DNA of 64,000 nt from Octopus sinensis (Eukaryota): the NCBI RefSeq assembly GCF_006345805.1, contig NC_043004.1, forward strand, positions 93,806,001 to 93,870,000. The letters run 5' to 3'. The notes under the pieces were generated by a model. It was given only the letters and a program-made list of their open reading frames with translations, ran no database searches and was not told where the DNA came from. Shown piece after piece: positions 1 to 12,064 of this stretch. The position numbers were made by a program, and so were the translations under genes. The first letter of the stretch is position 1. Every line of letters starts with the position of its first letter.

Positions 1-506
1 ACCACATGTCCTGAGCCGCCTGTGTGTGGGTTCACGACTGCAGCTCCCAGTGTATCCTCACCTGCTACTTCGCCGTTTCCCCATCGCCACAGGACTTTGG
101 GATGGTGTCATGGCGTCATGATGTCGTGACATGCGCGTGACTTGGATTATAGTGAGGGTGACTTGCGCAGGATCAGCCTCACTCTCTCGTCCTGGTGCGC
201 CGGATCCAGTGGCAAGACAAAGTCAAGACGACTGGGGTAGACCAAGATGCAGGAGCTGCCGGAAGGTGGCACGCATGGCGCAATCCAACCGCCTTAGGGG
301 CTCCACTCCGGATTTTGGATGGCCATTGACTCATGAGAGAGTTCCTCTGCCCTTTGACAGGTTTTGTTTTTAGTCCTGCTGGGTGTCCAAATCACCCTCC
401 TCACCAGGAAATCTTGGTGGGGTTGCCAGTTTAGTCGCCAACGACCCGACATGTAACAGGTTGTACTGGGTTACATGTTACCAGTAGCTCCAAGCGGAGA
501 CCTGAC

Positions 507-508
<2 letters not shown>
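1..508 (-). mobile_element. RTE-clade LINE 5' region (5'UTR), truncated by window edge
   Basis: GC-rich block ending at a (TA)n tract; motifs GCAGGAGCTGCCGG and CCAACCGCCTTAGGGGCTCCACTCCGGATTT resemble reverse-complemented RTE/BovB-type 5'UTRs (recognised from memory). Confidence 0.5.
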
Positions 509-544
<36 letters not shown>

Positions 545-639
545 ATATAATATATATAGTACTAGCAGAATTGCCCGGCGTTGCTCGGGGCTGAATGCTT
601 GAAAGTACTGTTAATGATTGCACTGAATTTGATGATTAT

Positions 640-1190
640 TCAGGTAAATATTGATATAAGTTTACGGTGGGAGATAAGACTTAACGATCAACGTGTGCCA
701 TTGCATTGTTTTGGGGGAACCAAATTTCTGATGAGCATTATAGGGGCACCAACTTTAAGTTTGAGAAAGTGTGGTGGTAGCCCAGGTGCTCAAAGGAATT
801 GAGTATATCTATTGGATAGTTGATGACGTCCTCTGGGTCAGGAGTTGTATCGATAGACTGATATACATAGACTTCCCAGGAATGAGTTTTAGCATTTCAT
901 CATTAATATGGTGAACAGTTTTTTCCTCGGGGCAGTATAGCCTTTTTGCCAATCCAATCCATATTCTGATAATTAGCTTGTAGATCTGGGAACACTGCAT
1001 CTCTGAGATCAGAAGGCGTCTTAACAATGGTACAAATGGAATCGATGGCAATATTACCATTTTCATCCCCTGGTATTTTGCCTTCGCCAAGTGCTAGGAG
1101 GGTGTGAGGAAATGCTGCTGATGTGATATTACGTCGCATATGAGCACGCATATTGGTGTGAAGGTTGAGAGTTACTTCCCTTATTAAAAA
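640..1190 (-). pseudogene. PIF1-type RepHel helicase fragment (frameshifted)
   Basis: Minus-strand peptides [64 protein letters not shown] match the C-terminal half of Helitron PIF1-family helicases; broken by frameshifts and stops. Confidence 0.85.
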
Positions 1191-1398
1191 AATATGCATT
1201 AAAATGGAAAAAAATGATGGTAAATTATTTGTAAAATCATAGACTCATCGTAGACGCGCGCTAATACCCAGAAGGGCTCGATATGAATCACGACTATAAG
1301 ATACCGGTTTTGGTTAAACTGCATTGCAAAATGTGGGAGTAGTTAGGAATCTAAATCGGAGTAGACAGACACACAACCTTTCTTTTATATATAAATAT

Positions 1399-2070
1399 TT
1401 TCGTCCTAAAAAACTTTGTATGGATTGCATGGTTACCTCTATGGAAATATATACACGCACATTATACATACATGTGTGTATAGATGAATATATAAATACA
1501 TTTAAATATCTATATACACTTTTGGGCGATCTTTCTTTTCTTAGAGATAACTTTAGATCTTATATTCGTCCTAAAAAACTTTGTATGGAGTGAAAGGTTA
1601 CCTCTATGGAATATATACACACACATTATACATACATCTGTGTATAGATGAATATATAAATACATTTAAATATCTATATACACTTTTGGGCGATCTTTCT
1701 TTTCTTAGAGATAACTTTAGATCTTATTTTCGTCCTAAAAAACTTTGTATGGAGTGAATGGTTACCTCTATGGAAAATATACACACACGTTATACATACA
1801 TGTGTGCATAGATGAATATATAAATATATTTAAATATCTATATACACTTTTGGGCGATCTTTCTGCTACTTGTATATACTTTAGATCTTATATTCGTCCT
1901 AAAGAACTTTGTATGGAGTGAAAGGTTACCGCTATGGAAATATATACACACACATTATACATACATCTGTGTATAGATGAATATATAAATACATTTAAAT
2001 ATCTATATACACTTTTGGGCGATCTTTCTGCTACTTGGATATAGGACTTATATTCGTCGTAAAAAACTTT
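1399..2070. repeat. ~164-bp tandem repeat, ~4 copies
   Basis: TTCGTCCTAAAAAACTTTGTATGGA.. recurs at ~1400, 1565, 1729, 1893, 2053. Confidence 0.9.
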
Positions 2071-2929
2071 CCTGTCACACACTCACGCACACGCACACAC
2101 ACACACACACACGCACGCATCCTCACACACACACACGCACACACACACACACTCACACACACGCACACGCACACGTTAGCTTACAATTTTATTTATATAT
2201 TTGCGTCTCTATGTGTGTAAATAGGAAGTGGGAATGTAGAGTGAAAGAGTCACTAACTACAGAAAGTGAATTACTTCCAATTTATTCGTTGCACATTGTG
2301 TGTCTGCGTGTGCGTGTGGTGTAAACCAGACTAAGAAAAGCATTTGACATACACACCAGAATGTGAGTTTTCTGTAAATTTTGCTTAATTGGAGTTTAAA
2401 TTTTAAAAACTGGACCTGGCATGACTCGATGCATTCTACTCTTAAAAATGCTAGGTAAATTGTAATTGAAGAAATCCTATATTGTAGATTTCTATAACTG
2501 ACAAAGGGAGGCAGATAAAATCTGCCTTTTATAATAAGATATATATATATATATATACCGCTTGGATCGCTTTCAATGCCACTACGTCCCGTCCGATTCG
2601 CTCCAAAATTTACAGGGACATGTAGAAATAGGTGACGAAGCTCGTGGGCTACCTTAGAAATCCCTATCTTAAAAGGTGTGGTTGCTAGGGGCCATCTTCC
2701 TCACTCACGCTATTTCCTCCAGTACCCTCTCACTCCCCTTTATATATATAACTTTGATAGGTCCACTACCGTTATTTAAAGTATCTGTCACTCTCGCTAT
2801 TTCCTCTCTTTTTCACTCACTCTGTTTCTTACCTTCCCATTACATCGACGTTCTTTTACGTATCTGTCTGTCACCAACAACACACGAGCATGAGAACAAA
2901 TATTATGAATCAGATATTCTTGCGTTCAT

Positions 2930-3120
2930 TTATATGTATGTGTGTGTGTGTGTTCTATATATAAATATGTATATATAATGTATGCGTGTGTGTGTCTGTG
3001 TTCTATACATGAATATGTATATATAATGTATGTGTGTGTGTGTGTTCTATATATAAATATGTATATATAATGTATGTGTGTGTGTTCTATATATAAATAT
3101 GTATATATAATGTATATATA
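2930..3120. repeat. ~40-bp minisatellite (TG-tract + TTCTATATATAAATATGTATATATAA)
   Basis: Four to five visible tandem units. Confidence 0.8.
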
Positions 3121-3589
3121 CAAAGTGTATATATCTGTAGTTATGTATATTAAACTTTCTCATACTTTTTCATAGTTATATATATTTTTAAACAAATTAT
3201 AAATATAATTTAATAATTTTTATTTTCAATTTAATTTGAATTTTTCAATTATATATTTTCTATATTATATTTTTTTTTTATGTTTTTGTTTTTGGTTTTT
3301 CACTGTTTGGTTTGCCTAACAATTCCATTTTTCACTTAAAATTTCAACCCCAATTAAGCAAAATTTAGAGAAAACTCACATTGGGGTGTATGAGTCAAAT
3401 GCTTCTCTTAGTGTGGGATACAGCACACTTAATTTGCTGGAGAATTAAGTTCCTGGATTTTCCTGAAGAGAAGGCTGCAAAATGGACTCCTTATTCAATC
3501 CGAATTAGGGACTTTGCAGCCTTTGAACCATATGTAGAAAATAATAAAAAGGAATTTTATTAAATCTTCGTTTCTTCCTACACTAAATA

Positions 3590-3652
<63 letters not shown>

Positions 3653-3708
3653 CGGAGATGTACTCGCATAGCAAGTAATTTGATCTGAGATCGTGTGCTG
3701 AAACGAAA

Positions 3709-3986
3709 ACAAATGCAGCGTGGAAGGTGTTTATAAGCCATTTAGAAACACACAAAAGCCGTTCGATTCACTTCAACATTTAAGTTTAATTTGTCAAAAT
3801 ATTTTCGTCGCTAAAATCCGCGACCTGTTCACTGACAAATACCGTGCAGCACGGACTTTGTCAGTGACAGGTCGCGGATTTTAGCGACGAAAATATTTTG
3901 ACAAATTAAACTTAAATGTTGAAGTGAATCGAACGGCTTTGTGTGTTTCTTAAATGGCTTATAAACACCTTCCACGCTGCAATTGT
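3709..3986. repeat. Fold-back palindrome (~135-bp arms, centre ~3848) of a Penelope-like pLTR remnant
   Basis: Arms are reverse complements apart from a few single-base indels; centre CCGTGC-A-GCACGG; flanked by (TA)n; related single copy at 47540-47680. Confidence 0.9.
3790..3839 (-). ncRNA. Minimal type-I hammerhead ribozyme, G3:C8 core variant
   Basis: Minus: tttgtca-GTGAACA-g-gtcgc(ggatttta)gcgac-GAAA-atat-TT-tgacaaa; 7-bp stem I, 5-bp stem II, palindromic stem III AATATT. The mirror copy on + at 3857-3905 lacks one core A. Confidence 0.65.
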
Positions 3987-4060
3987 GTTATTATTATTAT
4001 ATATATATATTATAATATATATTATATATATATATTATATATATATAATATATATATATA

Positions 4061-4378
4061 TATTTATTACACACATGTGAGTGAGAACACTTTGAGATAT
4101 TTTTGGTATCTAACATATGTCAGATACTGCGAGCGCTGCTTCTGATTGGTCAATCCATGGTGATGACCCGACGTCACGGTGACGGCACTACTTTTGTCAT
4201 TCATAAGTTACAACTAAACGTGAAGAATTTAGTTACTGGGTTATAAAATATGGTCGTTTATTCGTGTGTAATAAATAAAATACCAAACTCATTCCCTATG
4301 GATACCGTATTTATTACAACTCGTTTACAAGCCACTCGTTGTAATAAATACGGTATCCATAGGGAACTCGTTGGTATT
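4061..4378. mobile_element. Non-autonomous element with two inverted-repeat pairs (possibly Crypton-like)
   Basis: TATTTATTACACAC (4061) / GTGTGTAATAAATA (4264); perfect 29-bp IR 4292-4320 / 4338-4366. Family assignment is a guess. Confidence 0.4.
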
Positions 4379-4389
4379 CTCTATATATA

Positions 4390-4465
4390 TTCAGTCAAAC
4401 TAATGCACCTGCTTGTTATTCCTGCACCTGTCTTCGTCTTTTGTTGTTTTCTGTAAATATATCCT
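4390..4465 (+). mobile_element. 3' tail fragment of hammerhead-bearing element family (also 5125-5180 minus, 61710-61765 plus)
   Basis: Shared CACCTGTCTTCGTC..TTGTTTTC.GTAAA motif, each copy next to a microsatellite. Confidence 0.6.
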
Positions 4466-5286
4466 TTTATATATGTGTGCTGCAAGATTCTTGATGTGAA
4501 ACCGTGCGTTGAAACAGATATTGTTGTATTTCGAGATAGTTATTTTTTCCCTCTTTTTGCCAAATAAACAGGCGCACTATCACTCATTTATTACTGTTCT
4601 TATTCTTATGTATGTATGTATGTATGTATGTATGTATGTATGTATGTATGTATGTATGTGTGTATGTATATACTTACATATATATGTATATACATATGCA
4701 TATATGGGTTCAGGACGTCACAGAAGGTAAACAACAGGAAATACGAAATACGAAAATATGGAATACGAACTGTTTTGCGAACAGCGAAAGAAACAATAGT
4801 ATCGATAATGCCCGAAATTGCGTTTGACTCCTCTTGCTGATAACTGATGAAGAATTTGTGACCTGTGTGTTTTCTGTTCGCCTGTGCATTTAGTATGTGT
4901 TCGTTTGTTTATTTACAATACGTTTATTTTTAATTATATATTTATAGATATGTCATATTTTCCGTTTGTTGTATTTTTATTTAATCCTGAAGATATTATT
5001 TATGTAACGCACGCACTCATTAATCTTTTACCTATATATATATATATGTGTGTGCGTGTGTATGTGTGCGTGTGTGTGTGTGTGAGTGTGTATGTGTGTG
5101 CGCGCGCGTGTGTGTGTGTGTGTAGTTCAAATTTACAGAAAACAAACGACGAAGACAGGTGAAAGAACAACAAGCAGAGTTTGAAGGTTTTTTAGTTATA
5201 GAAATCGACCCCAGGACTTACTCTTTGGAACCCTAGCACTTATTCTATCGGTTTCTTTTTCCAAAACGCTAAGCTACGGGGACGTG

Positions 5287-5364
<78 letters not shown>

Positions 5365-5832
5365 CGTAGGAGTGACTGTGTGACAAGAAGTTTGCTGCCT
5401 GGTCACTAGGTCAAATAGATTTGGACGATGGAAACTGAAAAAAGCCCGTCGTATAACGTGTTGTGGGCCGGAGGGGGCTAGCTTCGTGCTTGTCCCAGAC
5501 AACCGCTTGTTGACTTCCTTTCCATCCCCGCAACTTAGAAGTTCGACGAAATTAACCGATAGAATATGTCGAATGACTGAGACAAGTAAATGTTTTTTTT
5601 AGATATATCGTAGTAATATCTAATGTAGTTGTGGTTTACGACCAGTCAGGACGTTACAATTGGTTTTACACTTTTTATACTCTTAGCAATATAGACGTCT
5701 CCCACGGCTAAGAACGTAAAAGGCGCGAAAGCAAAGGTGACTCCCTGACCGGCCATACCAGCCACATAGTTTCGGGTTCATTCACATTGCGTGGCACCTT
5801 AGAACCTAGGGTTGGATTCAAAATTCTACCAG

Positions 5833-5878
5833 GACACCTGATGAAGGCTGGAGAGTAAATCAGCCGAAATTTTGTGGT
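5833..5878 (+). ncRNA. Degenerate minimal hammerhead (same family as 38325)
   Basis: gacac-CTGATGA-a-ggctg(gagagtaaat)cagcc-GAAA-tt-TT-gtggt; stem III CG replaced by TT; downstream tail matches 38370-38420. Confidence 0.6.
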
Positions 5879-6467
5879 AGCAACAAACAAGATGAGGACA
5901 AATATCCGTCCAATGTAAAAAATGTAAATATTGTACAGAATTCCTCATCTCTAAAATATAGCACAATTTATGATTGTTTCAAAAATTCCATGTTGACTTA
6001 ATCTTGCATCGTGTTTTTAAACGACTCCACAATTAATGATGTAGTCATATCCGTTGTACAGATACCCCGTTCATAGAAATGATCCCTCGCAACTCTCTAC
6101 AAAAAATAATATGCTGAAGTGTTTGTCTATCGCTTAAATATAGGACATTAATCAATGTTTATAGTGGACGGCACAGCGGTCACGTTTATACATGATTGAA
6201 GATAAGTCAAAATGAATTTGTAGAAATAATTGTAAACTATGAAACAAAAATAATAACGCAAACTCCACTTTTCAGTGCTTATTACTTCTGTAACCCCTCA
6301 GAGGAAACATGACTCCTCCTTCACTCCTCTCCACCCTTCATTTATGGTTTGAGAATAATTCTATAATTGTTGTAAACTGGAATGGAACTTACTCTCTTTC
6401 TGCTGACATCCATTCACCATTTAATGCTACTTGCTTTGCATCTTTTAGAGAAATAGATTAGATATAA

Positions 6468-6761
6468 CTAGCAGTATCGCCCGGCGTTGCTCGGGTTTGT
6501 AAGGGAAATAACTATATAAGCATTTTTAGAGAGTTATAGCCAAAAAAATAGCAAAAAAATGCATTAAAAATGGAAAAAAATTATGGTAAATTTTTTTTTA
6601 AATCGTAGACTCATCGTAGACGCGCGCTAATACCCAGAAGGGCTCGATATGAATCACGACTATAAGATACCCGTTTTGGTTAAACTGCACCGCAAAGTGG
6701 GAGTAGTTAGGAATTTAAATCGTAGGAGACAGACACACAACCTCTCTTTTATATATAAAGA
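6468..6761 (-). mobile_element. Non-autonomous Helitron
   Basis: Minus: A|TCTTTATATATAAAAG ... CCCGAGCAACGCCGGG-CGATACTG-CTAG|T; no TSD. Confidence 0.9.
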
Positions 6762-6789
6762 TAAACTCAAAGAACAACTAGAAAGTGAA

Positions 6790-7225
6790 AGTAGTTTCTA
6801 ACTTAGGATGTCTCATAGATAGTGGTGGCAATGGTGTTGGAGGTGGTAGATGTGGTTATCATGGCAGTGGTGGTGTAGTGGTGACAGTGGATGTGTATGA
6901 TGGCAGAAATTATAGTGTTGGTGTTTTTGTAGAGGGTGTGGTGGTGGTGGCGGCAGTGGATGATGATGATAATGATGATGATAGTAGTAGTAGCATTGAT
7001 TATGTTAGGATGTCTCATGGATGGTAGAGTTGAAGACATTGCAGAGTGTAGTGGTGGTGAAATTGGTGATTTTGAATATGATGCTGGTATTGATCTTGGG
7101 GTTGTGGTTGCAGAAGATGGTTGTGGTGGTGGCATTCGAGGTTGTAGTAATGGTTGTAGTGGTGGTTGTGAAGATGATTCTGATATTGATAGTCTTTGCA
7201 TTGAGGTGGTGGCAGAGTCAGAGTA
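6790..7225. repeat. (GGT/GAT)-rich low-complexity tract
   Basis: Degenerate trinucleotide repeats; short internal duplication TTAGGATGTCTCAT. Confidence 0.8.
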
Positions 7226-7995
7226 AATAAGAGCCGAGTTAACACAAGATTCTTAAATTTCGGAGATCATAAGATAGAGAGCAAGAAGTTAAAAGTTCCA
7301 ATACTGGCCCAATACCTACACCCCAGATTCTTCAACTATTTTATAAGAAAGGGGTTAATGGCAGGATAGGGATTCAGCTTTAAAATAAATTGTATAACAA
7401 AAAATACATAAATAATTACTGCTCCAACGATGTATTTTAGTATGTGTGTGTGTGTGTGTAAGCAATGCAAACAATGGAAAATAATTTAAACACTCATTTT
7501 CTGATGTCTAAGGATGGATATTTATGCGTATGAATCTTTTTCTTTTTATTTTCTTTGAAATATAATTCTAGGGAACTGAAAAAGCTGTGTACGATGCCAA
7601 GCGAATTTAGCTATTTACGATGAACGGATGTTTACGTTACAAACGAATCTGTAGGTCTGTTTACATGTTTACGTTAACTACGTCACAAAATAGCTGTTTA
7701 CGTCACAGTAACAATATTTTGAGAGGCAGTAAATAATATGAGGTCGAAAGAAAGAATATCATTGGTTAAAATTCGAATTATTAAACAACGTTAAACTTAG
7801 AAATTACAATTCCGTTTTCATTTTGGTTTACAATTATGTTTTCTTTTGACACATTCTACCAGTATACGAAGTTTCAAATTGTTTAGTTAACTAAGAAAAT
7901 CTGGCCTTCAAACTGAAAAGATCCCGAGTTGCTCGATTAAAGGCGGTGCTCCAGCATGGCCGCAGTCAAATGACTGAAACAAGTAAAAGAGTATA

Positions 7996-8028
<33 letters not shown>

Positions 8029-8099
8029 AGTGGTGTTTATCGTTGAAAAATTTATTCATCATTGGTCTGCTCTGTCAAGTCTGATTTGAGGCTAAGCAA

Positions 8100-8370
8100 C
8101 AAGAACATCACCATCATGACTGGCAAGATTCTTGCCACCACTACTGCCATTCTTACCACCACCACCACCACCACCACCACCACCACCACCATCGTCTCAA
8201 TCATCATCATCAGGATCATTATTTTCATTCCCGTCCTCACTATCTTCATCCTCCGCCCCATTACCGTCGTCATCATCAGCATCTCAATCGACACAACCAT
8301 CACAATCATCTTTCTCGTCCTCACCTTCCTCATCGCCAGCCCCATCGTCATCATCATTCGCACCGTCATG
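8100..8370. repeat. (CAC/CAT)n low-complexity tract
   Basis: Trinucleotide repeats giving poly-T/P/S ORFs. Confidence 0.85.
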
Positions 8371-9649
8371 AGCGTAGACACTTAAATACTTAACATCCCG
8401 GAAATATGTGATTAAGTGTTAGCGAATATGACATCCCTTTATACCCGGTCTCCCTCACGTATACATACACATAGACACATAAGGTCTCACACACAAACGC
8501 TCGCATGTACAAATATTCGCAAACACGCACGCACATGCTCACATACATGCCTTCATACGCAAAAAAAAAATGCCGAAGATAACCAAATAACAAAAAATAA
8601 ACACACACAGCACACATAAGAAGCAACAAAATTCAGACATTTTCTGTGTAATATCCTTTCAACAGTGTTCTACAACATTTTATCATTATTATTTTTTTTG
8701 TACCCAAGACCACCAACGTGGCCTCGTTACCAATGTTAAAGTCCGCCCCCAATTCCAGAACTAACTCGACCTGTTCAAATATACTAATCAATGTTTTATT
8801 TTTGCTTTATTTTGTTTTGTTTTTGCGCTTTCTTTTTTTTTTTTTTACGAATTCCCTGCTGTTTTGAAAACGGAGACAATTGCAGATGTTTAGGTGTGTT
8901 TCTTGTAAGAATTATTTTATTTTATCTTTCCTTACCCCACGTAGCTGTCAGGAATAGATACAAGATTAATCTGGGAATTTTCAGTCTTAAGGCCAGAGGC
9001 TGCAATTGTTCATTTATTTCTCAGTAATACATACCAGAACAACGAGAAAATGTTCAATCTCAGATAGTTAGTACCCGTCAGTCAGTCAACCTAGCTGTTA
9101 AGAAAAAATTACCAGAACCAGTCGGGAGTGTTCAACTTCATTCGGCAACTAGCTATCAAGAATATGTGCTAGATAGATCTATCTAAAACTAAAGTCCAGC
9201 AGTCTAGATTCGTCTTGCCATGGTTAAACTGCATGACGGATTAAGTCTAAAACACATGGAAAGGATTGGTCGTTTATTTGTAAAGCTGTTACTTCACGAT
9301 TTGTGCGAACCCATGTTATAGCAGAGAGAGAGAGACAATGTAATGACTGATCTGCTATTAGTATTTATCTTGCCCAGACGGTGAACTGGCCGAGTATTAA
9401 CACGGCGGGCAAATTGTTTAGCGTTCTGAGTTCAAATTCCGCCAAGGTCGTCTTTGCCTTTTATCCTTTCGGGGTCGGTGAAATACGTACCAGTTGAGTA
9501 CTGGGGACGAAGTAATCGCCTTATTCCATTCCTACCCTCGGAAATTACTGGCCTTGCGACAAAATTTGAAACCATTATTAATAAGCGGCGAGCTGGCAGA
9601 ATCGTTAGAATGCCGGGGAAAATGCTTAGCGGCATTTCTTCAGGTTTTA

Positions 9650-10940
9650 CGAGGGGCGTTCAATAAGTAATGCCCCTGACCCACTTGCAGTTGTTTGATC
9701 TAGCTGAAATTGCATGTGCAATTATTTATAGCTCTATAGATTAAGTGGCAACTTACAGCTCTGAACTAATTGTGGTTTCTGATTTACAGGTGTTTGAACT
9801 GAGTCAAGTGTGAAATGGAGCCTGTTGAGTGTCGAGCAGTGATCCAGTTTTTGCATTTGAAAGGACGCACACCACGGGAGACTTTTGATGAAATGAAAGT
9901 AACTTATGGTGATGATGCCCCATCATATGACCTTGTAAAACGATGGCATTGTGAATTCAAACTTGGTCGGAACTCTGTGGAAACGGCTCCCAGATCTCGT
10001 CGCCCCACTTCTGCCATTGATGAGGCATCTGTCCGTCAAGTTGAGGCTGCCATTTTGGAAGATCGACACATAACTATTCGCCAAGTAGCCCATGAGGTCA
10101 AAATTAGTACTAGGTCTATGGAAACTATCATTCATAACCATTTGCATATGCAAAAGGTGTCTGCCAGATGGATTCCCAGGTTGCTCACACCTTTCCAGAA
10201 GCAAGAACACGTCGAGTGCTCAAGGATGAATTTGGAGATGTGCCAAGAAGATGAGTCAACATTTTTCAAAAGACTGATTACACAGGATGAAACCTGGGTC
10301 TATCACTATGATCCAGAGACCAAAGCCCAGTCAATGAAGTGGAAGCACCGTGACTCACCTCCTCCAAAGAAGGCAAGGGTGCAGCCCTCCGCTGGCAAGG
10401 TCATGCTCACAGTCTTCTGGGACCAGGACGGAGTAGTGATGACAGATTTTCTGGCAAAGGGTACTACAATTACAAGAGCCTATTATGCTTCACTTTTGAG
10501 GAAATTAAGAGAAGCTATCAAAATCAAGAGGCGGGGCAAGATCAGCAAAGGCATCCTCCTCCTGCAGGACAACGCTCCGGACCACAACTCGCGTGTCGCC
10601 AGATCAGAAGCACAGGCATGCGGCTATGAACTCCTCCCCCATCCCCACTACTCTCCTGACCATGCACCCTCTGATTTTCACCTCTTCCCAGCCATGAAGT
10701 TGTTTTTGAAAGGAAAGCGTTTCCCAGATGATGCAGCCTTGATTTCTGAAGTCACGTCGTGGTTGGAGGACCAAGCTGGGGTCTTCTACAAAAACGGCCT
10801 CCAGAGCTGCATCAAACGATGGATGAAATGCGTAACTCTGGGTGGTTCCTATGTAGAAAAAGACTAATAACTGTGCCAAGTTTCGTTACTTTACTGCTAT
10901 GGGAGGTGGGTTAGGGACATTACTTATTGAACGCCCCTCG
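9650..10940 (+). mobile_element. Complete mariner transposon (irritans-like), ~1291 bp
   Basis: TIRs CGAGGGGCGTTCAATAAGTAATG / CATTACTTATTGAACGCCCCTCG; TA duplication on both sides; inserted into a family-D SINE. Confidence 0.97.
9815..10867 (+). CDS. Mariner transposase, DD34D, 350 aa, uninterrupted
   Basis: N-terminal HTH region, WIPRLL (WVPHEL motif), ITQDETW, LLQDNA, YSPDHAPSD; 34 residues between the 2nd and 3rd Asp. Confidence 0.95.
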   Translation: MEPVECRAVIQFLHLKGRTPRETFDEMKVTYGDDAPSYDLVKRWHCEFKLGRNSVETAPRSRRPTSAIDEASVRQVEAAILEDRHITIRQVAHEVKISTRSMETIIHNHLHMQKVSARWIPRLLTPFQKQEHVECSRMNLEMCQEDESTFFKRLITQDETWVYHYDPETKAQSMKWKHRDSPPPKKARVQPSAGKVMLTVFWDQDGVVMTDFLAKGTTITRAYYASLLRKLREAIKIKRRGKISKGILLLQDNAPDHNSRVARSEAQACGYELLPHPHYSPDHAPSDFHLFPAMKLFLKGKRFPDDAALISEVTSWLEDQAGVFYKNGLQSCIKRWMKCVTLGGSYVEKD

Positions 10941-11026
10941 TATGTTGAGTTCCAATAACGACGATTTTGATTTTACCTTTCATCCTCTCAGAATCGATAA
11001 AATAACTATCAGTTATTCAGGTTGAT

Positions 11027-11341
11027 GGTGGAGGCGCAACGGCCCAGTGGTTAGGGCAGCGGACTCGCGGTCGGAGGATCGCGGTTTCGATTCGCACACC
11101 GGGTGTTGCGTGTGTTTATTGAGCGAAAACACCTAACGGTCCACGAGGCTCCGGCAGGGGGTGGTGGTGACCCCTGTTGTACTCTTTCGCCCCAACTTTC
11201 TCTCACTCTTTCTTCTTGTTTCTTGAGTAACGCTGCGATGGACTGGCGTCCCGTCCAGCTGGGGGGAACATATACGCCATAGAAACCGGGAAACCGGGCC
11301 CATGAGCCTGGCTAGGCTTGAAAAGGGTGCATAAATAAAAC
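11027..11341 (+). mobile_element. tRNA-derived SINE family A (tail type 1, V-domain-like)
   Basis: Head GGAGGCGCAACGGCCCAGTGGTTAGGGCAGCGG..GGTTTCGATTC; TSD TTCAGGTTGAT (11016-26 / 11342-52). Confidence 0.85.
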
Positions 11342-12064
11342 TTCAGGTTGATATAATTGCCCAGCGCCTCCCCGCAAAATTTTCAGGATTATCAAGGCGG
11401 TGAGTTGACAGAATCTTTAACACGACAGATAAAATGCTTGCCAGAACTTTTCCTAGCTTTACGTTCTGAGTTCAAAAAACCTCGACGTCGACTTTGCCTT
11501 TCTTACTTTCGGGGGTCGATAAAATAGTTACTAGTTGAGTATTGGGGTTGATGTAATTTACTAATCTCCCTAAATTTCGAGCCGTGTGCCTTTAGTACAA
11601 AGATTTATTATTATTAAAGCACAAGGCGACGAGCTGGCAAAATCGTTAGCACACCGGGAAAAATACTTGGCGGTATTTCGTCCCATCTTCAAGTTCCGAG
11701 TTCAAAGCCCGCCGAAGTCGACTTTGCCTTTCATCAAGCACCAGTTGTATACTGGGGTCGATGTAATCGACTAGTCCCTTCCCCTAAAATTTCAGACCTT
11801 GTGCCTTTAATAGAAAGGATTATGAAGAAGGCAGTGAGCTGGAACAATCATGAGCACGCAGGACAACGTGCTTTGCAATGTTTCTTTCTGCTTCTTGTGT
11901 TCTTAGTTCAAACGCCGCTGTGGTCAACTTTGCTCTTCGTCGCTTCAGCGTTGATAAAATAGTACCAGTTGAGCACTGGGATCGATGTAATCGACTAGTT
12001 CCTTTCCACAAATTTCAGGCTTTGTGTTTATGGTAGAAAGAATTATTATTATTATCGTAGTAGT

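Larger units (their letters stand above)
562..2539 (-). mobile_element. Composite Helitron (3' CTAG + hairpin, helicase remnant, internal 5' end at ~1397, minisatellite, outer 5' TC end at 2539)
   Basis: Minus strand ends CCCGAGCAACGCCGGG..CTAG|T at 562. 1190-1397 matches the 5' half of the Helitrons at 6468 and 21942. Minus strand begins A|TCTTATTATAAAA at 2539. Confidence 0.7.
9375..12045 (+). mobile_element. Head-to-tail cluster of tRNA-derived SINE family D (~5 copies) with nested insertions
   Basis: Repeated GGCGAGCTGGCAGAA..GTTCTGAGTTCAAATTCC..GTCGACTTTGCCTTTCATCCTTTCGGGGTCGAT units (A/B-box-like head) at ~9375, 9583, 11393, 11624, 11827. Confidence 0.85.

Noticed and set aside
6785-8385. 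Pro/Ser/Thr/His-rich ORFs resembling mucins or extensins (also 54919-55314)
   Set aside because: Degenerate trinucleotide tracts open in several frames on both strands; no splice or domain support.
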